From Acidobacteriota bacterium (GTDB lineage Bacteria; Acidobacteriota; Terriglobia; Bryobacterales; Bryobacteraceae), in contig JACQZR010000126.1 of assembly GCA_016213775.1 (NCBI GenBank), positions 16 to 64,015 of the forward strand: 64,000 nt of DNA, written 5' to 3'. The position numbers and the translations under genes are program-made. Under the pieces are notes generated by a model. The model was given only the letters and a program-made list of their open reading frames with translations. It did not search any database and was not told where the DNA came from. Below are positions 8,073 through 17,513 of this stretch, piece by piece; the first letter of the stretch is position 1; every line of letters starts with the position of its first letter.

Positions 8073-9425
8073 ATGAACCTTCGCAACAAAGCTACTACTA
8101 TCCGACTGTCCGATTTCTCCAGTGCGCCGATGCGCGCGTTCCACATGACGTGGCTCGCGTTCTTCCTCTGCTTCTTTGGCTGGTTCGGCATCGCGCCGCT
8201 GATGCCCGTCATTCGCCAGGAACTGCACCTCACTAAGGAGCAAATCGGGAACCTTACCATCGCCTCAGTGGCTATCACCGTTCTCGTCCGCCTGGTCATC
8301 GGTTGGCTGTGCGACCGCATGGGACCGCGCCGCGCCTACACCTGGCTGCTGATCCTCGGCTCCATCCCCGTGATGGCGGTGGGCCTCTCGCATGACTACC
8401 AGACGTTCCTCGTCTTCCGCCTGGCCATCGGCGCCATCGGAGCTTCGTTCGTCATCACCCAGTACCATACATCGGTGATGTTCGCGCCCAACATCGTCGG
8501 CACCGCCAATGCCACCGCCGCCGGCTGGGGCAACCTCGGTGGCGGTGTGACGCAGATGGTGATGCCGCTACTCTTCGGAGCCTTCCTCAGCCTCGGCGTA
8601 TCAAGCTGGTGGGGTTGGCGTCTGGCCCTCTTCATTCCCGGCTTTGCCATGCTGCTGATGGGCATCGCTTACTACTTCGTCACCAGGGACACTGCCGATG
8701 GCGACTTCCACGAGCTTCGCGCCCGCGGCGAGCTTCCCAGCAGCGCGGCTGCCTCGGGAGCGTTCGCAATGGCCTGCCGCGACAAGCGTGTCTGGGCCCT
8801 GGCGGTTATCTACGGCGCATGCTTCGGCATGGAGCTGACCATCGACAACATCGCCGCTTTATACTTCACTGATTACTTCCACCTCGGATTGGCCGAAGCC
8901 GGTTTCGTGGCCGGTTCGTTCGGCATGATGAACATCTTCGCCCGTGCGCTCGGCGGCATCGTCAGCGACAAGTTCCACCAGAAGTCCGGCCTCCGCGGCC
9001 GTGCGTTGCTGCTCGGAGGCACCATCCTCGCTGAAGGCCTCGCCCTGATGCTGTTCTCTCAGGTGCGCGTGCTGCCGATCGCCATCGGCGCGATGATGCT
9101 CACCGGGCTGTTCATCAAGATGTCCAACGGAGCTTCCTATGCTCTCGTTCCGTTCGTCAACAAGCGTGCCCTCGGCGCGGTGGCGGGTATTGTCGGCGCC
9201 GGCGGCAACGTCGGCGCCGTCATGGCCAGCTTCCTCTTCAAGGGCGCCATGCCCTGGACACAAGCCCTGCTGGTGTTGGGCTGTGTGATCTCCATCATTT
9301 CGCTGTTCGCTTTCGTGGTCCGCTTCTCACCTGAGGAAGAGCGGGCCGCGCAACTTGAGATTGAAGCGCGCCGCGCTGCGCAGCTTCCCACAAATTTGAC
9401 CCCCGCAGAGGTCATGGGAGACTAA
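8073..9425 (+). CDS. narK: MFS nitrate/nitrite porter (NNP family)
   Basis: It has 12-TM MFS features and the NNP signature AGWGNLGGG. GAGGAGA lies at 8054-8060. Confidence 0.9.
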   Translation: MNLRNKATTIRLSDFSSAPMRAFHMTWLAFFLCFFGWFGIAPLMPVIRQELHLTKEQIGNLTIASVAITVLVRLVIGWLCDRMGPRRAYTWLLILGSIPVMAVGLSHDYQTFLVFRLAIGAIGASFVITQYHTSVMFAPNIVGTANATAAGWGNLGGGVTQMVMPLLFGAFLSLGVSSWWGWRLALFIPGFAMLLMGIAYYFVTRDTADGDFHELRARGELPSSAAASGAFAMACRDKRVWALAVIYGACFGMELTIDNIAALYFTDYFHLGLAEAGFVAGSFGMMNIFARALGGIVSDKFHQKSGLRGRALLLGGTILAEGLALMLFSQVRVLPIAIGAMMLTGLFIKMSNGASYALVPFVNKRALGAVAGIVGAGGNVGAVMASFLFKGAMPWTQALLVLGCVISIISLFAFVVRFSPEEERAAQLEIEARRAAQLPTNLTPAEVMGD

Positions 9426-9431
9426 GCGCCA

Positions 9432-10883
9432 ATGCGCACTATCGGGATTCTCTTTCTTTGCACCGCGGCAATGGCGCAACAGGCGCCGGCTCCGCTCAAA
9501 CTCGGCAACATCATCGTCACCGGAAGCATCCGCGCCCGTGCCTACGGCTGGGATTGGTTTGAAGCATCCACTGGAACGAGCAATTACGCCTACTCCGGCA
9601 ATCTCCTTCGCCTGAATCTCTTCGAGAAACGCAAGGGCATGGATTGGGGCCTCGACCTCGCCGCCCCTGTCCTGCTCGGCCTGCCAGACAACGCCACCGC
9701 CCCCGCCCCCCAAGGTGCGCTCGGGCTCGGCTCCAACTATTACAGCGCGAACGCCAACAGCCGCAACAGCGCGATGGTCTTCGCCAAACAGGCTTTCATC
9801 CGCATCAAAGGCTTGGGTGCAAGCGACGCGAACACGCTGCAACTCGGGCGCTTCGAATTCAACGACGGCACTGAGCTCATTCCACGCAACGCTACTCTCG
9901 CCGTCCTCAAGCGCGACCGCATCAGCCAGCGCCTCATCGGAACCTTCGGCTTCACCGATGTGGGACGCAGCTTCGACGGCGCGCACTATGCCTTCACCCG
10001 CGGCGCCACCGGCTTCAACGTCGTCGCCGCCACGCCCACCCGCGGCGTCTTCCAGACCGATGGCTGGGGTTGGAACCGCGCCGCCTTCGGCTACGCAGCC
10101 TTCACTCGCGATTGGGGGCACGGCCGCCACTCCGCCGACACACGCGTCTTCGCGCTCGAATACGGCGATTGGCGCAATGTGCTCAAGACCGACAGCCGGG
10201 CTCTCGCCGTTCGCCGCGGCGATCTCAGCAACATCCGCATCGAGACCTTCGGCGGCCACAGCATTCATGCCTTCACCACCAAGGCCGGCACTCTGGACGC
10301 TGTCGTATGGGGTGCGGCCCAAACAGGGAAGTGGGGCACCCAGGCGCACCGTGCGTACTCCTTTGATGCCGAGGGCGGGCTGCAGCCGGCGTGGTCGAAG
10401 CTCAAGCCCCTCAAGCCCTGGATCCGCGGCGGATTCACCATCGGTTCCGGCGACTCCAATCCCAACGACGCTACTCACGGGACTTTCTTTCAAGTGCTCC
10501 CGACGCCCCGCCCCTACGCGCGTTTCCCGTTCTTCAACATGATGAACACTGAAGACCGCTTCGCCGCGCTCATCCTCCGGCCGCACGCAAAAGTCACCGT
10601 CTCCTCCGAGTTCCATGCCCTCCGGCTAAGCAACGCGAGCGACCTCTGGTACGCGGGCGGAGGCGTCTTCCAGCCGTGGACCTTCGGCTACATCGGCCGG
10701 CCCACTTCCGGCAAGCGCTCCCTCGGCAATCTCTACGACACCAGCGTCGAGTTCCGGGCTACTCGCCAGGCCAGCTTCACTGCCTACTACGGCCGGGCGC
10801 AGGGCCTCGCCACGATGCGGCAAATCTACCCGAAAGGCAAGGATGCGGGCTTCGGATATATCGAGCTTTTGTACCGTTTCTAG
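9432..10883 (+). CDS. outer-membrane beta-barrel porin (alginate-export-like)
   Basis: It has the signal peptide MRTIGILFLCTAAMAQQ, an alternating beta-strand pattern and the C-terminal ELLYRF. It starts 6 nt after the transporter gene. Confidence 0.75.
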   Translation: MRTIGILFLCTAAMAQQAPAPLKLGNIIVTGSIRARAYGWDWFEASTGTSNYAYSGNLLRLNLFEKRKGMDWGLDLAAPVLLGLPDNATAPAPQGALGLGSNYYSANANSRNSAMVFAKQAFIRIKGLGASDANTLQLGRFEFNDGTELIPRNATLAVLKRDRISQRLIGTFGFTDVGRSFDGAHYAFTRGATGFNVVAATPTRGVFQTDGWGWNRAAFGYAAFTRDWGHGRHSADTRVFALEYGDWRNVLKTDSRALAVRRGDLSNIRIETFGGHSIHAFTTKAGTLDAVVWGAAQTGKWGTQAHRAYSFDAEGGLQPAWSKLKPLKPWIRGGFTIGSGDSNPNDATHGTFFQVLPTPRPYARFPFFNMMNTEDRFAALILRPHAKVTVSSEFHALRLSNASDLWYAGGGVFQPWTFGYIGRPTSGKRSLGNLYDTSVEFRATRQASFTAYYGRAQGLATMRQIYPKGKDAGFGYIELLYRF

Positions 10884-10899
10884 ATCGGAGCATTAACCC

Positions 10900-11781
10900 G
10901 TGTGGCGCCACGTTTGCGCCATACTGGTATTAGATTCACACCGAATGCCATTCGCTGGACTTCAAGTTCTCAGCCTGGAAAGCCGCCGCGCCAGGGAAAT
11001 GGACGCCCTCATCCTCAGAGAAGGTGGGGTGTCCTTCGTCGCGCCCTCGGTTCAGGAGAGACCCCTCGAAGACCACGGCGAATCGCTGCACTTCGTCGAG
11101 CGCCTGGAGAGCGGCGCCTTCGACCTGCTCATCTGCATGACCGGCAGCGGCCTTGCTTTCCTGCGGGATCAGCTCGCGGCCTCCGATTCTCTCGACCGCC
11201 TGAGCGCGGCTCTCAAGCGGGTCGCCATCGTCTCCCGTGGCCCCAAGCCGCTGCCGATCCTGCGCGATCTCGGCACGCGCGCCGACGTCACCGTCCCCGA
11301 ACCCAACACCTGGCGCGAGATCGTCGAAGCCGTTGCCGCACGCCCCGAACGCCGCATCCTGGTGCAGGAATACGGCCGCCCGAATCCGGAAATGACCGAC
11401 GCGCTCACCTCGCTTGGCGCCGAGGTCACGCCGCTGGTGATGTACCGATGGGATCTGCCGGAAGACATTGCCCCGCTGCACGAAGCAGTCCGCCGCCTGG
11501 CCGGCCGCCAGATCGATGTCGTCCTCTTTACCTCGTCCATTCAACTCGACCATCTGCTTCTCATAGCCCGTAAGATGGGTCTGGAGCAGCCGGTCTGTGA
11601 CGCGCTCCGTACCTATACTGTCAATGCGTCGGTTGGTCCTATCATGACCTCCCGGCTGGCGGAATCGCGGATCCCCGTGGACGTGACCCCCGTGCACCCC
11701 AAGATGGCCGGTCTCGTGAAGGCCGCCGCGGATGCCGCCGCCGGCGTTATTCAATCGAAACGGATTGCCCGATTGGGGTAG
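10900..11781 (+). CDS. hemD: uroporphyrinogen-III synthase (HemD)-like protein
   Basis: It shows HemD-type two-lobe similarity (LESRRAREMDALI..GGVSFVAP..DLLICMTGSGLAFL...IDVVLFTSS). The start is either GTG 10900 with GGAG (10887-10890) or ATG 10945. There is no DNA-binding domain. Confidence 0.75.
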   Translation: MWRHVCAILVLDSHRMPFAGLQVLSLESRRAREMDALILREGGVSFVAPSVQERPLEDHGESLHFVERLESGAFDLLICMTGSGLAFLRDQLAASDSLDRLSAALKRVAIVSRGPKPLPILRDLGTRADVTVPEPNTWREIVEAVAARPERRILVQEYGRPNPEMTDALTSLGAEVTPLVMYRWDLPEDIAPLHEAVRRLAGRQIDVVLFTSSIQLDHLLLIARKMGLEQPVCDALRTYTVNASVGPIMTSRLAESRIPVDVTPVHPKMAGLVKAAADAAAGVIQSKRIARLG

Positions 11782-11790
11782 AATCGGCGA

Positions 11791-12369
11791 ATGCTCTCGA
11801 AGCTTCCCGTATTGCTCGCGCTCTGCTCATTCGCTGCCAACGCCGGGCAGTTTGTTCTCTTTGATGTCACTTTCAATTACACGAAAGAGGATGCGGATAA
11901 TTCCAAGCCGAGTAAGTCGCATTATTACGTAAAAGGCGACCGCCTCAACCCCAACCGCCCCACCGACTGGACATCGCCCATCGACTACCGCAACGGCACG
12001 GTGCACATCCGCGCCGAAGTCCTGGAGAAGCCGCCCGGCGGTGAGAAGACAACCTGGACTCTCTGCTACATCCCCAACAAGGGGCAAGGCAACGGTTACG
12101 GCTGCACCGGAACCCGACTCTACACCGAGCCTGGGGTCTACGAACTCGACGTGCCGATGACCTCTTTCTGGCAGAACGAAGGCATCGTCTGGACCGAGGG
12201 CATCAAACAAATGGACCTCGTTATCAAAGACTCCAGCGGCGGGTCCGGCCACGCGCACAAGCGGGCGGATCATGAGAAGTTCTTCCCCACAAAGATGCGC
12301 ATCATTATGGTACAGGTGTCCAAGGGCGCAACATACGACCCTGCGCTCGTGCCGGGATCAACGCGTTAA
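11791..12369 (+). CDS. secreted hypothetical protein
   Basis: It has the signal peptide MLSKLPVLLALCSFAANAGQ and good codon bias. It starts 9 nt after the hemD-like gene. No family recognised. Confidence 0.7.
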   Translation: MLSKLPVLLALCSFAANAGQFVLFDVTFNYTKEDADNSKPSKSHYYVKGDRLNPNRPTDWTSPIDYRNGTVHIRAEVLEKPPGGEKTTWTLCYIPNKGQGNGYGCTGTRLYTEPGVYELDVPMTSFWQNEGIVWTEGIKQMDLVIKDSSGGSGHAHKRADHEKFFPTKMRIIMVQVSKGATYDPALVPGSTR

Positions 12370-12464
12370 TCGCTCAACATTTCGACCCTGCCCCTGCGCC
12401 ATTTGGGCCGCGGCAGAATTCCGTCATGTCACATCGCCTAACAAGAAAGGAAGGACCCAAGCCG

Positions 12465-13181
12465 ATGGGTAAAGTAGAGCAACTGATGGGAAAGAAAGCA
12501 ATCGTCACCGGAGGCAGCAAAGGGATCGGCAAAGCGATCGCCAGGATGCTGGTCGAAAGCGGTGCGGACGTGGCCATCTGCGGGCGCACGGAACAGGCCG
12601 TTCAAGCCGCCGTCGCCGAGTTACAGGCCACCGCCAAGGGTAAGGTGTTCGGCGCAGTGTGTGATATTACCGATGCCGCCTCTGTTCTTAAGTTTTTCGC
12701 CTTAACTGACGATCTTCTCGGAAGCCTCGATGTGCTGGTGAACAACGCCGGGATCGGACTGTTCCGCCCGGTTGCGGAGATGACGGAAGTGGATTGGCAG
12801 CGTGTGGTCGATACGAATCTTACAGGAGTTTTCCGCTGTTGCCACGCGGCGATGCAGCGGTTCCGAGCAAACGGCAAAGGGTTCATTGTGAACATCTCCT
12901 CCCTGGCGGGGAAGAACGCTTTTGCCGGAGGGGCTGCCTACAATGCGAGCAAGTTTGGGCTGAACGGATTCAGCGAGGCGTTGATGTTGGATCATCGCAA
13001 CGAAAACATCCGGGTGTGCACGGTGATGCCTGGAAGCGTGTCCACGGAGTTTGGCGGTGGCTGTGCCGATTGGAAAATCCAGCCGCAGGACATTGCCGAA
13101 GTGGTACGGATGGTGCTCTCAATGCCAGAACGAACGATGGTGAGCGCGGTGGAAATGAGGCCATCGCGCCCCTCAAAGTGA
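12465..13181 (+). CDS. SDR-family oxidoreductase
   Basis: Motifs TGGSKGIGKAIA, NNAGI and YNASK are present. ATG 12465 is preferred over 12426 because AAGGAAGGA lies 9 nt upstream. Confidence 0.9.
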   Translation: MGKVEQLMGKKAIVTGGSKGIGKAIARMLVESGADVAICGRTEQAVQAAVAELQATAKGKVFGAVCDITDAASVLKFFALTDDLLGSLDVLVNNAGIGLFRPVAEMTEVDWQRVVDTNLTGVFRCCHAAMQRFRANGKGFIVNISSLAGKNAFAGGAAYNASKFGLNGFSEALMLDHRNENIRVCTVMPGSVSTEFGGGCADWKIQPQDIAEVVRMVLSMPERTMVSAVEMRPSRPSK

Positions 13182-13525
13182 CTGGTTGCCTGGAAGTGGT
13201 TGAAACTGTGGTGTTTGCTGATTGCAAAGGGTTGGGTTTGCGATTGGAGGTTGGGTTGCTTAAGAACTATCTCGGAGGCGGTTGGAGAAGCCTGAGCAAG
13301 TGTGGCGCAAAGGACGGCGCTAGCCCCACAGCCAAGCCCACTCCCACGAGAGAGATCAATTCCGAGGCTGGCCGGGGTGTCACGGCGAACGCAGTGTTCG
13401 TGGACTCTCCAGGGCAGTCCGTAGCCGAACGGGAATTTCGCGAGAGGAAACCTCGCGACCGAAAGGCCAATGAATCGAAATGCGGGGACCGATCAGGTGT
13501 GCTCAGAGTTGGGGAGGCAGTAAAA

Positions 13526-14710
13526 ATGGTAAAGCTAGGTATTCCGTTAGATGCAACACGGACAGGACGCGACGCCGATTCGCTCAATCGGCGCTTACGA
13601 CAGTTGATCGTAGGCCAGGACGAAGCAATTGAGCAGATTGTCAACATCTACCAGCTCCATCTCACCGGGATGACTCCCCCGGGACGGCCCATCGGGAATT
13701 TTCTGTTTCTCGGTCCCACCGGCTCCGGCAAGACACGTACCGTGGAAGCAACCGCCGAAATCCTCCAGGGCTCTGGCCGGGGCGTCGTCAAGATCGACTG
13801 CGCCGAATTCCAGCACAGCCACGAGATTGCCAAGCTGATCGGCTCTCCTCCGGGCTACCTGGGCCATCGCGAGACCCATCCTCTGCTTAGCCAGGAAGTG
13901 CTCAGCCTCCATCACACGGACACGTGCAAGATCAGCTTCATCCTGTTTGACGAAATTGAAAAAGCGAGCGATTCCTTGTGGAACCTGCTGCTCGGCATCC
14001 TCGATAAGGCTTCTCTCACGTTGGGCGACAACCGTCGGGTGGATTTCTCCAAGTCGATGATCTTCATGACCAGCAATCTGGGCGCGGCGGAGATGTCGGC
14101 GCTACTCTCTCCCAGGCTCGGCTTCAACGCGGTCAATCGGGAGGATTCCGCCAAGCCCGCCCTTCTGGATGACAAACTGCAGGGGAAGATTTCGCGGTCC
14201 GGCATGGATGCCGCGCGCCGCAAGTTCACTCCGGAGTTTATGAACCGCCTGGACAAAACGGTTGTCTTCAAGCCGTTGGCCGAACTACAACTGCGGCAGA
14301 TCCTGGACATCGAACTGGCCATGGTGCAGCAACGTGTTCTCTTCAATCCGATTGCCGAGAATCCATTCGTCTTCACCGTGACGCAGCGGGCAAAGAATGC
14401 GCTGCTCAAGGATGGAACGGACGCCAAGTACGGTGCCAGGCATCTCAAGCGCGCCATCGAGCGGATGCTCGTGCAGCCCGTGTCCAACCTCATCGCCACC
14501 GATCAAGTGCGCCGCGGCGATTGGCTGCGAGTGGACTTTGATGAAACAGACAGCCGGATGGTCTTCTTTAAAGATGCGGAGGGGTTGCCTCTAAACGCCA
14601 TGCACGATCTGATGGACCCCTCGTTGATGAATCTGACGATGGCAGTCTCGCAGGCTGCGGCGGTGGAACCTCCACGCACTGTCGCAATGCGAACCAGCCG
14701 GCGCGCCTAA
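13526..14710 (+). CDS. single-module AAA+ ATPase, Clp/Hsp100 D2-type
   Basis: Motifs are VGQDEAIEQI, Walker A GPTGSGKT, SPPGYLGH, Walker B ILFDEIEKA, sensor MTSNLGA, and a ClpB_D2-small-like FTPEFMNRLDKTVVFKPL. ATG 13526 follows GGGGAGG (13511-13517). The upstream in-frame stretch has non-genic codon usage. Confidence 0.85.
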   Translation: MVKLGIPLDATRTGRDADSLNRRLRQLIVGQDEAIEQIVNIYQLHLTGMTPPGRPIGNFLFLGPTGSGKTRTVEATAEILQGSGRGVVKIDCAEFQHSHEIAKLIGSPPGYLGHRETHPLLSQEVLSLHHTDTCKISFILFDEIEKASDSLWNLLLGILDKASLTLGDNRRVDFSKSMIFMTSNLGAAEMSALLSPRLGFNAVNREDSAKPALLDDKLQGKISRSGMDAARRKFTPEFMNRLDKTVVFKPLAELQLRQILDIELAMVQQRVLFNPIAENPFVFTVTQRAKNALLKDGTDAKYGARHLKRAIERMLVQPVSNLIATDQVRRGDWLRVDFDETDSRMVFFKDAEGLPLNAMHDLMDPSLMNLTMAVSQAAAVEPPRTVAMRTSRRA

Positions 14711-14753
14711 GGAATCGGCTCGCGAGTGGAACACTATTCAGCGAGCTGAGAAT

Positions 14754-15386
14754 TTACTGGTTCTTGACTTCGCCCTTACGGCGCAGAGTGGGAGCCTTCT
14801 TCTTCGGCGCAGGGTCTTTCTTCTCCGCCGATTGTCCGGAGGCTTTCTTCGCCGTCTCCTCTTCGGTGGCCATCAGCTCGTCGCGGGCCTTCTTCGCGCG
14901 GTCGTCCTTGGACGCCAGACCCTTCGAACGGTCCTTCTGGTCCATCTCAGCCAGTTCCATGCTGATGGATGTATTCTCAATTGCAGTGGAAAGCGCGTCC
15001 TCGTAGCGCGAAAAATCCTTCGGCTTCACACCGCGGATCTTTTCCAATCGTCCAAGGAATTCCTTCTCGGCATTTGCCACCGCTTCGGCCCCAAGGTCGA
15101 TATTGACCTTGCGTCTCATCGCATCATCGGAGACGGTGTCGATTGCCTCGATGATCTTCGAGTACTCTCCAAGCGCCTCGTGAATCAGCGCCGAGCGGCC
15201 TGCCTTCTCCTTGGCGAGCATCTGATCCACCATTCCGATTCGCTGGCGGGCGAACTTCAGGTAGAGCTTCAGCCGCTCGTTGGGCTCCTGCATTTCCCGC
15301 ACCTGGTCCGCTTCATCGGCGGTCAAAAAGTCCTTTTGCGCGAAGGCAGTCGCAGAGAGCAGGATAAGCCAGATCAGCAGCCGCAT
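14754..15386 (-). CDS. secreted hypothetical protein with Lys-rich tail
   Basis: It has the signal peptide MRLLIWLILLSATAFAQ, a helical body and the C-terminal KKDPAPKKKAPTLRRKGEVKNQ. Confidence 0.7.
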   Translation of the reverse strand: MRLLIWLILLSATAFAQKDFLTADEADQVREMQEPNERLKLYLKFARQRIGMVDQMLAKEKAGRSALIHEALGEYSKIIEAIDTVSDDAMRRKVNIDLGAEAVANAEKEFLGRLEKIRGVKPKDFSRYEDALSTAIENTSISMELAEMDQKDRSKGLASKDDRAKKARDELMATEEETAKKASGQSAEKKDPAPKKKAPTLRRKGEVKNQ

Positions 15387-15919
15387 ACCTCAACAGTATC
15401 CCAGTTGTGTCAGAAGGGAAAGGGGGGGCCGTGTCAGCCGGCGCATGTTATTGGCGGGTCTGCTGACTGGAAACCGTCTGGTCGAGTCTCTGCAGCAGCG
15501 TCATCCGGTCCGCAGGACTAAGTTGTTGAAAAATACGCTGAAATTCATCAGCAGTGAGCAGATTACTCGTGAGCAGACTTAGAATGGCGGTCAACGGAGA
15601 CTTCTCGTAGCTAGTACTCACGATACCTGTTAGACTACTCCAAAAAGACTTGCGAGGCGATGCGGTGTAGGCCTTAAAATGGAGGACCGAAGCCCTTATA
15701 CTCACCATGCACCGCAGATCGTTCCTCCCATTGCCGTACGCCAGCAGTCTCACCGCAGCTCCACGAGTTCGGTACCAAGGGTGAGGCGCGCCCTGGGCAT
15801 TCCCCGGGAGATTCAATCTACAACCTGCGGAAGCCGGACGGTTCGGGGCGGGGAAGACCGCTGGATTCCCATGCGCATCCTCTGCAAGGGGACAACCGTC
15901 GGGGCTATACTGGAACCCC

Positions 15920-17491
15920 ATGCGCTGGCTATGTCTCTTCTTGCTTGCTGCTGCGCTCGCGGGACAGCCGGCTCCACCTACAAAGCAGGGGAAAGCGCGT
16001 GAATTACTCGACGAAGCGGAGCGGATGGCGGCGGCGGTTCATCTGGAAACACACGTTCTCGCACTGATGCACATCGGCGATGCGCAAACCAAGCTCGACA
16101 AGCAGGCCGCCGTGCGCGCCTTGACGCAAGCCTTTTCCGCGTGCGCGGGCCTCTCGGCGGAGCTTGGCCCGTCACTGCAGACAGAGATCATTCGCAAGCT
16201 TGCTCCAATTAACGTCGCCTCCGCTGCGGAACTTGTGCGAACGATGGCGGAACCCGGCAAAGTCCACGAGGGCGGCCAATCCGCTGCCTCCGCCGTGGTG
16301 AACGAATTCCTGCAGCAGAAAGATGTGGACCGCGCGATTGAGGTGTTGAACCTGGTTCCCGCCTCAGCCGAGTTCCCCTTCGCTGCTGCTCAGGAGGTTT
16401 TCGAAAAGATCCCCGCGGACGATTCGAGCCGGGCGATTGTTTTCGGCCGGGCCACCGAGGCCTACGCGCAGCGCTCTACCGGCCCTTTCTCCGAATTCCT
16501 GGAAAAGCACTGGAAGGCCGTTCCGCGTCCGCTGGCGCAGCAAGGTTTGTCGGCCATCACGAGCGCATTGCTCAAAGACGATCCATCCGCCGCGCAGAGT
16601 GAGACGCTGGAGCCCAAGGCCGGTTCGAACAAAGGCGCGGTGACGTTGAACAGCCGCCACGCCATTGAGTTTTTCCGCCTGATACAAATGATTCGCGAAC
16701 TTGATCCGGCGCGGCTCGACAATGCCTTGAAAACGTATTCGGACCTGGCGGAGGCGGTGAAGCGGTTTCCCGAAGGCCGGGCGAGCGTCCAGGCGAACTC
16801 GATCACAACAACGAGGCAGGCGACAGACAACAGCAGCTTCAGCGCTTCCACCACGATGGGTGGGGGCAGCGACGATCCCTTCGGGCCGAGTATCGGTTTC
16901 GCGATGGGAACGGCAGCGATCGGTGACCATTCCCAAATGCAGGAACTCATTCGGAAAGTGGCTGCGGCGACGGACAAAGCTCAGCAGGCAATTGACGAGA
17001 AGGACATCCGCAAAGCGCTCGCGAAGGCGGCCGAAGTGCCTATGGACGGGCTCAAGGCGGAGGTGCTCGCGATGCTCGCCAAACGCTCCAAGGATGGCGC
17101 GATCCTGGAGAAGAGCATGCTGCTGGTAGGGGATGTGAAGGAAGCGGGGGCGCGCTTCCCGGCCTGGATCGCCATCGCCGAAGCTGCGCATGAAATGAAG
17201 GATTCCAGGAACGCGCACCTCGCGCTGGAGCGTGCCTTTTCCGATGCGCGCCGCATGTTCGCGGTCGATACGGACGCCGAGAAACCGAACCTCGCCCCAC
17301 GCAACGTTTGGCCGTCCATTCAGGCGAGCCGCCTCGCCGCATTCACCGCAGCTAAGGTATTGGGCGTTTCCTCCGGCGATCTGCTGGCCGACGTTGATGA
17401 GACCGATCTCGCTGTGCTTGCCCGCATCGAGATGGCCCGTCAGCTTCTCGATCTCCCGCCTTCCATCCACTCCATTCAGTTCCGTCGCTAG
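15920..17491 (+). CDS. secreted helical-repeat hypothetical protein
   Basis: It has the signal peptide MRWLCLFLLAAALAGQ and is all-alpha and Ala/Leu-rich. No family recognised. Confidence 0.65.
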   Translation: MRWLCLFLLAAALAGQPAPPTKQGKARELLDEAERMAAAVHLETHVLALMHIGDAQTKLDKQAAVRALTQAFSACAGLSAELGPSLQTEIIRKLAPINVASAAELVRTMAEPGKVHEGGQSAASAVVNEFLQQKDVDRAIEVLNLVPASAEFPFAAAQEVFEKIPADDSSRAIVFGRATEAYAQRSTGPFSEFLEKHWKAVPRPLAQQGLSAITSALLKDDPSAAQSETLEPKAGSNKGAVTLNSRHAIEFFRLIQMIRELDPARLDNALKTYSDLAEAVKRFPEGRASVQANSITTTRQATDNSSFSASTTMGGGSDDPFGPSIGFAMGTAAIGDHSQMQELIRKVAAATDKAQQAIDEKDIRKALAKAAEVPMDGLKAEVLAMLAKRSKDGAILEKSMLLVGDVKEAGARFPAWIAIAEAAHEMKDSRNAHLALERAFSDARRMFAVDTDAEKPNLAPRNVWPSIQASRLAAFTAAKVLGVSSGDLLADVDETDLAVLARIEMARQLLDLPPSIHSIQFRR

Positions 17492-17513
17492 CGGCAGTGG
17501 CCGAATTCTTCTA

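Noticed and set aside
12794-13525. A 244-codon N-terminal extension of the AAA+ ORF.
   Set aside because: It overlaps the SDR gene in another frame and then crosses a spacer with non-native codon usage. ATG 13526 has a strong RBS and gives the normal distance to the GQ..A and Walker A motifs.
14711-14753. The hairpin GGCTCGC...GCGAGCT between convergent genes, considered as a bidirectional terminator.
   Set aside because: It has only about 6 bp with a 19-nt loop and no U-tract on either strand.
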